Program-made: the position numbers and the translations under genes
From: Promethearchaeota archaeon
GTDB taxonomy: Archaea > Asgardarchaeota > Thorarchaeia > Thorarchaeales > Thorarchaeaceae
Length of the DNA: 64,000 nucleotides
Direction of reading: 5' to 3'
NCBI GenBank assembly: GCA_014728035.1
Contig: WJMJ01000059.1
Span: 128,001-192,000 of the forward strand
In this document: positions 10,312-19,893 of the stretch, piece after piece
Layout: the number at the start of each line of letters is the position of its first letter
Position numbering within the stretch: position 1 is the stretch's first letter
Notes under the pieces: generated by a model
What the model was told of the DNA's origin: nothing
What the model saw: the letters and a program-made list of their open reading frames with translations, nothing else
The model's database searches: none

Positions 10312-10317
10312 GGAGGA

Positions 10318-11178
10318 ATGAATATGAAGTTACCACCATCAGTAATTAAAAGTTTGAAAGCCTTTTTAGAAGAAGACATTAGATCTGGAGACCTAACTAC
10401 GCAGTCAATGGGTCCTTTAAATGCTCCTGCTATCGGCACGATTCTTGCAAAAAGCAAAGCGATTCTTGCTGGAACAAAAGAGATTGCAGCAATTGCAGAT
10501 ATTTTTGATGTCAAGCACGAGATTCTCATATTCGAGGGGAATTGGGTTAGTGCAATCCAACCAGTCATGAGGCTTAGAGGTCATGCGGATACCCTTCTCT
10601 CCATTGAAAGAGTCTGTTTGAATATCATTCAGAGGATGAGTGGTATTGCCACAAAAGCTTATAGAATGTCTTCAGCGGCAAAAAAGGCGAATCCAAAAGT
10701 GCGAGTGGCGGCAACTAGAAAAACAACTCCTGGATTTCGATATTTTGAGAAGCGAGCTGTACAAATTGGTGGGGCTGACCCACATCGTTATGCATTAGAT
10801 GATATGGTTCTCATAAAAAACAACCATATTGCAGTTATGGGTGGTGTTTCGCAAGCTATCCGTGCTGCAAAGGAATATGTATCATTCTCAAAGAAAATTT
10901 CGTGTGAGGTGCGAAGCATTCAGGAAGTCTTGAGTGCTGTACAAACGGGAGCTGATATTATCCTTCTTGATAACTTTGAGCCAGAACAAGTTGAGGAAGC
11001 TCACGAAATGCTTTCAGAGAAAGGGCTTCGAAGTAGAATTATCTTAGAGGCATCTGGTGGCATAAATGAATCTAACGTTGCAGATTATGCATCTGCGGGG
11101 GTTGATATAATATCATCAGGAGCTTTGACTCACTCATATGATTCTGCAGATTTCAGCATGAGTATTGCGTTAGAGTAA
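10318..11178 (+). CDS. nadC: Quinolinate phosphoribosyltransferase
   Basis: ATRKTTPG, LIKNNH, ILLDN, EASGGI. Confidence 0.95.
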   Translation: MNMKLPPSVIKSLKAFLEEDIRSGDLTTQSMGPLNAPAIGTILAKSKAILAGTKEIAAIADIFDVKHEILIFEGNWVSAIQPVMRLRGHADTLLSIERVCLNIIQRMSGIATKAYRMSSAAKKANPKVRVAATRKTTPGFRYFEKRAVQIGGADPHRYALDDMVLIKNNHIAVMGGVSQAIRAAKEYVSFSKKISCEVRSIQEVLSAVQTGADIILLDNFEPEQVEEAHEMLSEKGLRSRIILEASGGINESNVADYASAGVDIISSGALTHSYDSADFSMSIALE

Positions 11179-11200
11179 CTACCAAAATTGGTGTTATACT

Positions 11201-11359
11201 TTGAATGAAATTATCTGTCCAAAATGCAAAGAAAAAGACGTTAGAACAGATATGTATCTCAAAAAGACAGTGTCATATGAAGGAGAAACTCCAATATATT
11301 CCATTCCTTGTGTTTGTAGAAGTTGTGGACATGAATGGGATCAGGAGTTTAGAGAATAA
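11201..11359 (+). CDS. 52-aa zinc-ribbon protein (below ORF-track cutoff)
   Basis: TTG start after GGTG; MNEIICPKCKEKDVRTDMYLKKTVSYEGETPIYSIPCVCRSCGHEWDQEFRE*; CxxC...CxxCGHEW. Confidence 0.7.
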   Translation: MNEIICPKCKEKDVRTDMYLKKTVSYEGETPIYSIPCVCRSCGHEWDQEFRE

Positions 11360-11562
11360 GTATTCAGGAACGTTATTCTAAAATAGCAAAAATCGGAAAA
11401 TAGGATTGTGAGCGTGCCATTAATATCGATAATGGATATATCCCATTGATGATTATTTATCAAAAATATCCCTCTCTCTCATGGTATCGCTTCACAAATT
11501 TTTTAACTTGATATTCGATACTTGCTAAATGCGCGTTGATAACCTCGTTGGCGGTTTCTAAA

Positions 11563-12963
11563 ATGGTAAGAGAATCTTCTATTGTATATCGAACTGTAAC
11601 GGATGTGCGTGGTCCATTAGTCATTGTAGATAGCACACATAACGTGGCCTATAATGAAGTTGTTAAGATTCGAGCCCCTAATGAGGAACTTCTCACTGGT
11701 ACAGTTTTAGAAACTGGACGCGGCAGAGCAGTTATTCAGGTTTTTGAAGGTACAAGTGGATTAGATACAGACCTTACAGCTGTACGGTTTACTGGGGAAA
11801 CAATGAAACTTCCAGTATCAACAGAAATTCTTGGGCGTATTTTGGATGGCTCTGGGAATCCTTTAGATAAAGGTCCACCCTTAACAGCCGAAGACCACTG
11901 GGATATCTATGGGTCTCCAATAAATCCCTATGCACGACAATATCCTCGACAACCCATTCAAACTGGTTTATCTGTTATTGATGGTTTGAATACTCTGGTG
12001 CGAGGCCAAAAACTACCAATATTCTCTGGATCTGGTCTTCCCCATAACCGAGTTGCAGCTCAAATAGTACGACAAGCAAAGATTCCAGGAGAAGAAGGCG
12101 ATTTTGCTATTGTTTTTGCTGCAATGGGTATAACTGCCACCGAGGCTCAGTATTTTATGGAATCTTTTGAAGAAACTGGTGCACTTGAACACACTGCATT
12201 GTTTCTGAATCTTGCAAATGATCCTGCCATCGAACGGATTATCACACCTCGTGCAGCTTTGACTGCTGCTGAATATCTTGCATATGAATCAGATATGCAC
12301 GTGCTTGTCATTCTGACCGATATGACCAATTATGCAGAGGCACTTCGTGAGATAAGCGCTGCTCGGTCCGAAGTCCCTGGAAGGCGAGGTTATCCTGGCT
12401 ATCTATATACTGACCTGAGTCTTATCTATGAACGGGCTGGCAGAATCAATGGTAGAAAAGGAACCATTACACAGATGCCAATTCTATCTATGCCTCAGGA
12501 TGACATGACCCATCCAATTCCAGACCTTTCTGGATATATCACTGAAGGGCAGATGATTGTGAGTCGACCAATACACCGAAAAGGCATTTATCCTCCAATT
12601 GATCCAGGACCATCTCTAAGCCGACTTATGAAAGAAGGAATTGGTGAGGGTATGACTCGTTTCGATCACAAAGAAATTCAAGCTCAACTATACTATGGCT
12701 ATTCTGAAGGTCGAGACCTTCGAGACCTTGTAGCTGTTGTGGGATCTGAAGCACTAACCGATCGGGATCAAAAATATTTGCGATTTGCAGATCGATTCGA
12801 AAGCGAGTTCATAAACCAGGGCGAATTTGAAGATAGATCATTCGAGACTACTCTTGATATCGGATGGAACCTCCTAAGTGAGTTTCCTGAACGTGAGCTT
12901 AAACGATGTGACCCTTCTACCATACAATGGGCAAAAGAACGTGGTGTCTACAAGATTCTCTAA
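11563..12963 (+). CDS. atpB: A/V-type ATP synthase subunit B
   Basis: [43 protein letters not shown]; likely ATG at 11563. Confidence 0.95.
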   Translation: MVRESSIVYRTVTDVRGPLVIVDSTHNVAYNEVVKIRAPNEELLTGTVLETGRGRAVIQVFEGTSGLDTDLTAVRFTGETMKLPVSTEILGRILDGSGNPLDKGPPLTAEDHWDIYGSPINPYARQYPRQPIQTGLSVIDGLNTLVRGQKLPIFSGSGLPHNRVAAQIVRQAKIPGEEGDFAIVFAAMGITATEAQYFMESFEETGALEHTALFLNLANDPAIERIITPRAALTAAEYLAYESDMHVLVILTDMTNYAEALREISAARSEVPGRRGYPGYLYTDLSLIYERAGRINGRKGTITQMPILSMPQDDMTHPIPDLSGYITEGQMIVSRPIHRKGIYPPIDPGPSLSRLMKEGIGEGMTRFDHKEIQAQLYYGYSEGRDLRDLVAVVGSEALTDRDQKYLRFADRFESEFINQGEFEDRSFETTLDIGWNLLSEFPERELKRCDPSTIQWAKERGVYKIL

Positions 12964-13484
12964 CCGCTCTGATTAAGTGACTCCTCCAATTTTTGGATGA
13001 AAAACCATCGAGTAGCTTGTGAGTAAGCATACCCATCTAGATTAACTAGATTACCAAAGACCTTTTTCCAAGCTTTCCAGAGAATCAGAAGGTGGTGATG
13101 GGGCAGCATGAAATAACAATTCAATTCATTTAGTCTTTTTAGTGAAAGAAACTGGCCTAGTCTTGCTGTAAATTTATCTGCTTCACCTTCAATTTTCCAT
13201 AGCGCCATAGGTGGATAGTCGTAATGTGGATAATCAAATCTGTCATAGGGAATTATGGTCATTGGTTCTGAGATTATGAGAATCTGCGCTTTTTCCTCAA
13301 ACCTGTGAAACATTTGCTTATGGCTGTGTGATTGCTGTATTGGCTTCTTTTTCGAACATGGGACAAAGAGAATTGGTTTTCCATTTGGTTTCCATGTTTC
13401 AAGAACCGATTGTGTGAATTCAGTTACTTCAGCGTTATCAAATCGATGCGTCACTCTACTAACAACTGATGTTTGAACTCTCAT
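12960..13484 (-). CDS. Stand-alone ArcS catalytic-core-like (DUF5591-like) protein
   Basis: [16 protein letters not shown] and [10 protein letters not shown]...YPHYDYPP match the PCSxxKPYxxSxSH / SxP...P...YD signature of the archaeosine synthase core; same strand and just downstream of dpdA. Confidence 0.7.
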   Translation of the reverse strand: MRVQTSVVSRVTHRFDNAEVTEFTQSVLETWKPNGKPILFVPCSKKKPIQQSHSHKQMFHRFEEKAQILIISEPMTIIPYDRFDYPHYDYPPMALWKIEGEADKFTARLGQFLSLKRLNELNCYFMLPHHHLLILWKAWKKVFGNLVNLDGYAYSQATRWFFIQKLEESLNQSG

Positions 13485-13524
13485 ATCTGTAATTTATGCC
13501 AATGATATCTTATGTATTGTGTGA

Positions 13525-14742
13525 TTAAAATTCACCAAGAGTTGTTTGCTTTACTGGGTCTGGCTCGTCAAGGATTTTTTGAAGTTGCTTATAGAATACC
13601 CACGTATTGTGAAATCCTCTTCTTCGATTTCTATTGTTCCCTCTAAATATAATCACTTCAACTCCCACCCTTTTACAAATAGCACAATCACATAACTCCC
13701 ACGGTCGATCTTTCAATGTCTTTAGATATTCATCAGCATGGCTTTTCTTTGCATCAATAATAGAATCGTACCATAAAATTGCTTCAAGGACTTCATCTAG
13801 GTCTGCCTTGTTCCTTCCATACATTCGCATGAGTCCCATGCAACCTTCTTCCATTGCCTCAAGCTCTTCGAGCTCGATGTTTCCTGTTCCAAGAATTTTT
13901 TTGGCTTTCGGGCTTCTATCACTTTGAGGTATTCGTATGGCGGCATAGTTGTTCCCATCTGGTAGCATGTAATTGCTTCTAGATCCTAACCATGCTCTTC
14001 TCAGGTGTGATGCAGAATCGAATGAGGTTATACCCAATTTTTGCATTTCTCTCATTGCGCTCAATCGAGCAACGCCAAAGAGATGAACACCTACTCTTTC
14101 ATGCTCACTCAGCACTTCGTGTATCGCACGTAGCATGTCTAGAACTGTTGAAGTAGGTGATCTGGTAAGTCCGCCAATAGCAATGTATTGATATCCTATA
14201 TCCAACAATTCCTTGACTGATTCTTTGTAAGATGTTGCATCCCATCCCTGAGCAGCACCTACCGGAACATAATCAAATCCTTTTGAATCATGAACCTGTA
14301 GAAACTTCTCGGCATTTTTTATAGTGATATCATATCGGTTGTGTTTTTGTTCTTCAAATTGCTTAACAATAAGATGGTCAACGCTTACCCCATAATCAAA
14401 ACCTAATTTGTGATAGTATTCTGCAGTTTCCTTGGTTTTATACGGTGGCACATCTTCTTTGATGTATCCATATGCCCCACAATCTCCAAATACAGGTCCA
14501 TCAAATCCCAGATATTCATGTATTCCTACATTCGTTATACGTTTCATGTTTTTCTTGTTTTCTTCAATTTTAGCTTTTGAAACCAGTATGCCATCATATG
14601 GTGGTGAGCTATAAATCTCATGGGCTGTAACCTTGATTCCATCAGTTGGTTCATCTTCGATAAAATCGTAATTCAAATCAACACGATCATCCCACCAAGG
14701 AATATAGTAGTTCATTCTATTAGGAATCCCAAATCTTGACAC
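13525..14742 (-). CDS. dpdA: DpdA-type tRNA-guanine-transglycosylase-like enzyme (7-deazaguanine DNA insertion family)
   Basis: HEIY..PPYDGILVSK, GDCGAYGY, FDYGVSVDH, AQGW, YIAIGG, HLFG, SFDS, AIRIPQ, Zn site CDCAIC, IFRGNNRNRRRGFHN; no PUA domain. Confidence 0.85.
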   Translation of the reverse strand: MSRFGIPNRMNYYIPWWDDRVDLNYDFIEDEPTDGIKVTAHEIYSSPPYDGILVSKAKIEENKKNMKRITNVGIHEYLGFDGPVFGDCGAYGYIKEDVPPYKTKETAEYYHKLGFDYGVSVDHLIVKQFEEQKHNRYDITIKNAEKFLQVHDSKGFDYVPVGAAQGWDATSYKESVKELLDIGYQYIAIGGLTRSPTSTVLDMLRAIHEVLSEHERVGVHLFGVARLSAMREMQKLGITSFDSASHLRRAWLGSRSNYMLPDGNNYAAIRIPQSDRSPKAKKILGTGNIELEELEAMEEGCMGLMRMYGRNKADLDEVLEAILWYDSIIDAKKSHADEYLKTLKDRPWELCDCAICKRVGVEVIIFRGNNRNRRRGFHNTWVFYKQLQKILDEPDPVKQTTLGEF

Positions 14743-14844
14743 GTATTTCTACACCTTTTTTTGTCCATGAATTATTTAATGAGTAATGTACTTATACTCG
14801 CCAGAAAGTGACCTTAAAAGAGTTCTACATTGTATGTGATTGTT

Positions 14845-15546
14845 ATGGATATTTGTGTTATTGGAAGCTGTGGAAAAAAGAAACAGACATCTAGCCCAGA
14901 AGCTCCTACTTGTAATCAATTACAGTCGAAAGAAGATCTTGCTATTTGGAGAGAAAGACTTCAGGATTTAGTTGTTCCAGCACGTGATATGTACGTTGGT
15001 AATCAAAGCAGAGAACTAGGGAAGGGTGTGGACCTTTTAAGAACAATTGATAATGTTTCAGTTGAGTATTTCATCATTTCCGCAGGATTTGGACTTCTTG
15101 CAGAAAAATCTCTTGTACCACCATATGAATGTAGTTTTTCTACGATGGGGTCAAAGGCAATCAAGAAACGGGCCAGTAATCTATCAATCGATTCAGATTT
15201 CCTATCAATATGTGAAAAGAAGTACGATTTGCTCTATCTCGCGCTTGGTAAGAAGTATCTATATTCCCTAGGGTCTTCTTGGCAATCCGTGTTCGATGGA
15301 ATATTAGTCGCATTTGATTCGAAATTGGACTCTCCAGATGCAATTATTATTCCCGCAGGCAATTCGACTGTTAAAGCATTTTCCCGCCATGGGCACAAGG
15401 TCCATGGAGCCGCTGGATTCAAAGGTGATTTGTTGAGAATTCTTGCTGACTATGCATTGAAGCAAGAAGACAGCTACAATGAAGTTTCCGCTTGGGTTGA
15501 ACCTTTCTACCTAAAGCAGACTATATTCTCTTTTGCTGGTTTATAG
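14845..15546 (+). CDS. DpdC-like protein (YaaA/DUF328-related fold)
   Basis: CGKKK, PARDMYVG, IISAGFGLL, PPYECSF motifs of YaaA-like proteins; divergent from dpdA; ATG at 14845 (ORF opens at 14830). Confidence 0.65.
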   Translation: MDICVIGSCGKKKQTSSPEAPTCNQLQSKEDLAIWRERLQDLVVPARDMYVGNQSRELGKGVDLLRTIDNVSVEYFIISAGFGLLAEKSLVPPYECSFSTMGSKAIKKRASNLSIDSDFLSICEKKYDLLYLALGKKYLYSLGSSWQSVFDGILVAFDSKLDSPDAIIIPAGNSTVKAFSRHGHKVHGAAGFKGDLLRILADYALKQEDSYNEVSAWVEPFYLKQTIFSFAGL

Positions 15547-16410
15547 TTATGAAACTTTGACATTGTGTTTTTGTGAATCTGCAGTTTCTCGAATCCCTGA
15601 GTCACAGTTGTCATAGGATACTTTCGTTTCAATTGAGTATGCTTTAGATTCCTTTCCTATCTTGAATTCTAATAGAATTTCAACCTCATAGGGCTCAAGT
15701 TGTAATGAAGTCTTAAGAAAATCGACAACCAATACCCCTTCTACGACTTTGTACCCTTTTGCTTTTTTCAATTCAATTTCAGGTGTACTTTCAAAGGTTA
15801 CTGATATATTCTGATATGGATGAATGAATCTATTAACAAGCTTACCTGTTACTTGAAGTATTTCATCAGGCTTTAGTTCACCTTTAGAATCAAGGACTAT
15901 CTGTGGAGGCAGTGGTGTTCCCTTTTCCTTCTTTCTACCTCGTCTATATGATCTTGTTGACCTTACATCTTTTGGAAGCTCTTCTTTCCCCTCGTAAAGT
16001 CCTTCTTCGAGTTTCTCGGGTTCTTCATCGAATGTAATTAATGTACTAAATGTAGCTATCTTGACACTATTAATCTTGTTAGATGTGATGCCGGCATCTT
16101 CTTGAGCTTCTCGGATGAGCTCTATCATATAATCGGTACAAACCTTGAGTTTGTACTCTTTTAGCTTCTCGTCTTTTTTCATGATTGATTTATATTTATC
16201 ATGAAACTTCAAAATCTCTCTACCGACAGGTACTTTTTCTTTGTTTTTTTCAAACCATGCTTTTCTTGTAGTTTGTTTGTAACTGAACGGTCCAAATGAT
16301 TTACACGCCTTTGACCAAGCTTCAAGATCAAGTTTTTTGATTTCTGGCATCAGCATGTCTCTGATGTATTTTTTCATTTCTTTAGTCAGAACATCTTTTT
16401 TTGTTGGCAC
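15547..16410 (-). CDS. Hypothetical protein, Lys-rich helical N-terminus and probable beta-sandwich C-terminus
   Basis: 287-aa ORF with GGAG upstream of GTG; no family recognised. Confidence 0.6.
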   Translation of the reverse strand: MPTKKDVLTKEMKKYIRDMLMPEIKKLDLEAWSKACKSFGPFSYKQTTRKAWFEKNKEKVPVGREILKFHDKYKSIMKKDEKLKEYKLKVCTDYMIELIREAQEDAGITSNKINSVKIATFSTLITFDEEPEKLEEGLYEGKEELPKDVRSTRSYRRGRKKEKGTPLPPQIVLDSKGELKPDEILQVTGKLVNRFIHPYQNISVTFESTPEIELKKAKGYKVVEGVLVVDFLKTSLQLEPYEVEILLEFKIGKESKAYSIETKVSYDNCDSGIRETADSQKHNVKVS

Positions 16411-16489
16411 GGGATATCAACTCCCCACTTTTTACGACACACCTACCCTTATTAATTTACCCGCGCCAATTTCCGGCGGTATTGATGAA

Positions 16490-16508
16490 TAATGTGTGCT
16501 ACACATTA
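16490..16508. promoter_or_regulatory. Perfect 8-bp inverted repeat, candidate operator
   Basis: TAATGTGT-gct-ACACATTA upstream of the 287-aa gene. Confidence 0.35.
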
Positions 16509-16569
16509 GTACTTCATGGAACTATATAAAATACAATTTTTGACTTAAACAATATAAGGTGAATTGTAT

Positions 16570-16911
16570 CTATTCCAATCCGTGTTGCATATAATGGCCA
16601 GCTTTTTTCTTCTCCCCAAAACTACGAAGCCCTTCTGATTTCAGTTGGCTCCTTATTGCTCTTGCCTCAGATTGACTGATCTCTCCACGTTTTAAAAGGT
16701 ACTTCACTATCTCTTCAGCTTGGTTTACCGTGTCACAACGGCGGAGATAATCAACGACATCTGGTGTAAATCTGTATTGTTCAGTTTCCTCCTCTTCCGA
16801 CATCGTACGAACCCCATCAATCTTATGTGTTTGAGTTTTTCCCGACCGCATCTCCTCACTAATTGCAGGAAATGATTTCATGAATTCGTTGTCTCGATTC
16901 ATAATTATCAC
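16570..16911 (-). CDS. DUF2095-family archaeal protein
   Basis: PDVVDYLRRC...EIVKYLLKRGEIS...GLRSFGEKKKAGHY. Confidence 0.75.
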   Translation of the reverse strand: MIIMNRDNEFMKSFPAISEEMRSGKTQTHKIDGVRTMSEEEETEQYRFTPDVVDYLRRCDTVNQAEEIVKYLLKRGEISQSEARAIRSQLKSEGLRSFGEKKKAGHYMQHGLE

Positions 16912-16990
16912 TTTTTGAGACTAAATGCGTTCTATATTAGAAAGCTTGGAAATTGAACTTATAATCTTAGGGCTATCGTATCAACATTGA

Positions 16991-18517
16991 CTATTGAATA
17001 AATTTCCATGGCAACGGACCTTTCAGCCTCTCTCGATTATTGGCAATCGCAAAGAATGGAAGCCCTGTTTCCTTTTCTGCCCTTCTCCAACCTCCTAATC
17101 CTCCATACGATGCTGCAATCTTAATTATTTCCCCCATTTTTTTGTCACCCAAAGAAAGTGATGCCTGTATTCTTGCATGTCTCGGATCCAGTGTTTCAAC
17201 GGTAACCCTAGGAATATTGTTAATTCCTTGTTCTAGTGTCCGTATTTTTTCTCGTATGATGTAGATTGGTGATTGAGCATTACGTTCGAATCTTGTATTA
17301 GCTTTTGGAACAAAAGGATTAGCACTAATAGTAATTTTACCTGGAAAGATTTCTGCAATTTGTTTTGATAAATTGGTGATTGCAAGTATATCCTTTTCAT
17401 CTTCGTATGGAAGTCCAATGATGAAATATAGCTTGATTGAATACCACTTTGCGTCCGCTGCAAGTTTTACTGCCTTGAGAATAGCTTCATCCGTTAAACC
17501 TTTTCCCAAAATATTTCTTAGACGACTTGATCCGGTTTCAGGAGCTATTGTTAGAGTTCTTTGCCCCCCTTGCATCAACAAATCTAGAGATTTTCTGGAT
17601 ATTGAATCAGCTCGGAGTGACGGAGCTGATATTTCCAAATCTCGTTCTATACACCATTCAACTAGTTGTTCAAACTCTGGCAAGTCGCCCAAAGTTGGAG
17701 CAATGAAAGCTACTTTTCTTACTGGTGTTTCATTGATTCCTTTTGTGATAATCTCTTTCAATTTTTCAAACGAACGAAGTCTTCTGGGCCTGCATATATG
17801 TCCAACAAGACAAAATTTGCATGAATGCCCACAACCTCTCCCCACTTCTACAAGTAGTGCTTTTCCAAATACAGGTTCTAACTTTGCGCCCTCTGGAACA
17901 TCTGGGATAATCTGTTTTGTAGGATGGAACAGCTCATCTAAGTTTTGCATAATTTGCCGTTTGATTGGTTGTTTCTTTATACTTGGCACATATACACCTT
18001 GCAATTCTGCCATCTTGCCTAAAGCATCTTGTCTACTTTCAGAATTCAGTATACAATCAGCTATGCTATGAAATACCAAGTCCCCTTCTCCAATTACGAA
18101 AGCATCAATGAATAGCTCGTATGGACATGGGTTTGCACTTACTACGGGACCCCCCATAATCACAATTGGGTCTTCATTCATTCGATTGGCAGCTATATGT
18201 GGAATGTTTGCTTCAGATAGCATTTGTACAACATGAAGAATATCTTCTTCAAACGAAAGAGAAAACCCAATTAAATGATTATCTTTCAAATGTCTTTTTG
18301 TTTCAACAGATCTGATGGGAGAGTATGTATCATACCTAAAATATCGTTCACACGATATGTTCTTTCTTCTGTTCAAGCTTGAGTAGAAAAGATGTGTTGC
18401 TAAGCTTGTCATACCCGCACGATAGGTTGATGGATAACAATACCCAATCAGAACATCAACATCTCGGATGTCTTTAACTACGGTATTGATCTCGGTCAAA
18501 GATAGTTTTCCCAACAC
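16991..18517 (-). CDS. Radical SAM protein with B12-binding-like N-terminal domain
   Basis: YPSTYRAGMTSL, GGPVVSANP, GEGD, EVGRGCGHSCKFC (CxxxCxxC), APETGS, KLYFIIGLP. Confidence 0.88.
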   Translation of the reverse strand: MLGKLSLTEINTVVKDIRDVDVLIGYCYPSTYRAGMTSLATHLFYSSLNRRKNISCERYFRYDTYSPIRSVETKRHLKDNHLIGFSLSFEEDILHVVQMLSEANIPHIAANRMNEDPIVIMGGPVVSANPCPYELFIDAFVIGEGDLVFHSIADCILNSESRQDALGKMAELQGVYVPSIKKQPIKRQIMQNLDELFHPTKQIIPDVPEGAKLEPVFGKALLVEVGRGCGHSCKFCLVGHICRPRRLRSFEKLKEIITKGINETPVRKVAFIAPTLGDLPEFEQLVEWCIERDLEISAPSLRADSISRKSLDLLMQGGQRTLTIAPETGSSRLRNILGKGLTDEAILKAVKLAADAKWYSIKLYFIIGLPYEDEKDILAITNLSKQIAEIFPGKITISANPFVPKANTRFERNAQSPIYIIREKIRTLEQGINNIPRVTVETLDPRHARIQASLSLGDKKMGEIIKIAASYGGLGGWRRAEKETGLPFFAIANNRERLKGPLPWKFIQ

Positions 18518-18523
18518 CTTCCC

Positions 18524-19807
18524 TCATTCAATTGATGTACTCTTCAATTCTCTCTTTTCTTGTTTTGCAACAATAAGCTTCCCCTCTTGGATATCTCTGT
18601 CTACAATTACTCCTATTCCTGTCTGTGCGTGGGGATGCAATACTGCTCCTGGGTAGATTAATGTGCCAATTCCGGTTTTTACGTGGTCTCCAATAATTGT
18701 TCCAAGTTTTCGTCGTCCAGAGTCAAGTCTCTCTCCTTTGATTGTCACATTAACTGATTTGTTGTCGTGTCTTAGATTTGCGGTTGTTGTCCCAGCACCA
18801 AAATTGACTTTTCTCCCAATAATCGAATCTCCCACATATGAAAGATGGCCGATACTAGATTCTTCCATGATTAGTGAATTTTTAACCTCACATGCGTTAC
18901 CAACTTTGACTCCACTCATCAGACTAGTATATGGTCGAATATAACAATTTGGTCCGATTTTGCAATCTTTTCCAATAAATACAGGACCTTGAATATAAGC
19001 TCCACTTCTTATTATTGCCCCCTCTTCCACAATTACGTTCTTTTTCAATACGGCTCCTTCTTCAATCGTCCCGTTCATCTTGCTCTCTGCTGTACTTAGA
19101 ATCTGTTTATTCGCTTCAAGTAGATCCCATGGTTTTCCTACATCCACCCACCATGATGGTAAGGTGTATGCTCCTACTGTTTCATTTGATGCTAACATCA
19201 TTATAGAATCAGTGATTTCATACTCTCCCCTTGAAGACAACTCAGTTTTATCAATTGCATCCCATAGATCTGGATTGACTCCGAATATTCCTGCATTTAT
19301 TAGGTTACTATCTACATCTCCTAATTTTGGCTTCTCAGAGATATCTGTAACTTTCTTATCCTTGACTACCACTACTCCATATGCTGAAATGTCTTCTACA
19401 GGATATACTGCCATTGTTAGGCTGTTCTTATGCTTATGATGAAAATCAATCAGGCCACTGAAACTGTTATGTTCTACCATTATGTCTCCATACATCAGAA
19501 GTATTTCGTCATCACCCGCAAATTCTCTGGCATATCCTGCAGCATGTGCCGTTCCCATCCTTTTTTCTTGGAGTGTGTACTCGATAATCATTTCACCCCA
19601 ATCTTGATTATCTATTGCTTTTCGTAGCTCGTCCCCCCTATACCCATAAACAACGAGTGTTTCTCTAATTCCAGCATCCTGCAAGGCTTTTAGGGTGTGG
19701 AATATCAATGGTTTTCCAGCTACAGGCAGAAGGTGTTTTGGAATGTTTGCTGAGAGTGGCATCATTCGTGTAGAATCTCCTGCTGCAAGTATTGCTGCTT
19801 TCTTCAT
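18524..19807 (-). CDS. glmU: Bifunctional sugar-1-phosphate nucleotidyltransferase/acetyltransferase (archaeal GlmU)
   Basis: ILAAG..TRMMPL...PK, EKP, SSRGEYEITD, hexapeptide repeats, HLSYVGDS, ANLRHD. Confidence 0.9.
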   Translation of the reverse strand: MKKAAILAAGDSTRMMPLSANIPKHLLPVAGKPLIFHTLKALQDAGIRETLVVYGYRGDELRKAIDNQDWGEMIIEYTLQEKRMGTAHAAGYAREFAGDDEILLMYGDIMVEHNSFSGLIDFHHKHKNSLTMAVYPVEDISAYGVVVVKDKKVTDISEKPKLGDVDSNLINAGIFGVNPDLWDAIDKTELSSRGEYEITDSIMMLASNETVGAYTLPSWWVDVGKPWDLLEANKQILSTAESKMNGTIEEGAVLKKNVIVEEGAIIRSGAYIQGPVFIGKDCKIGPNCYIRPYTSLMSGVKVGNACEVKNSLIMEESSIGHLSYVGDSIIGRKVNFGAGTTTANLRHDNKSVNVTIKGERLDSGRRKLGTIIGDHVKTGIGTLIYPGAVLHPHAQTGIGVIVDRDIQEGKLIVAKQEKRELKSTSIE

Positions 19808-19893
19808 TTTTCCTCGTGATAGTGCAGTAACATATGATTAAAGAGTCTGACGCTGTAATTACTTAAATTATCATCAATAATATAAAACAACTA

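Noticed and set aside
13525-14742. Ordinary archaeosine tRNA-guanine transglycosylase (arcTGT)
   Set aside because: Lacks the C-terminal PUA region and has DpdA-type motifs plus a PIP-like tail; a tRNA role is disfavoured but not formally excluded
17373-18071. 232-aa + strand ORF and many other short antisense or alternate-frame ORFs in the track (e.g. 6736-7227, 50262-50714, 62550-62747)
   Set aside because: Shadows of well-supported genes on the other strand or frame, with no recognisable motifs
16991-18517. Radical SAM partner (RaSEA) of the ArcS-core gene
   Set aside because: Architecture is the B12-binding-like type, and it sits in the glmU run separated from the cassette by two genes
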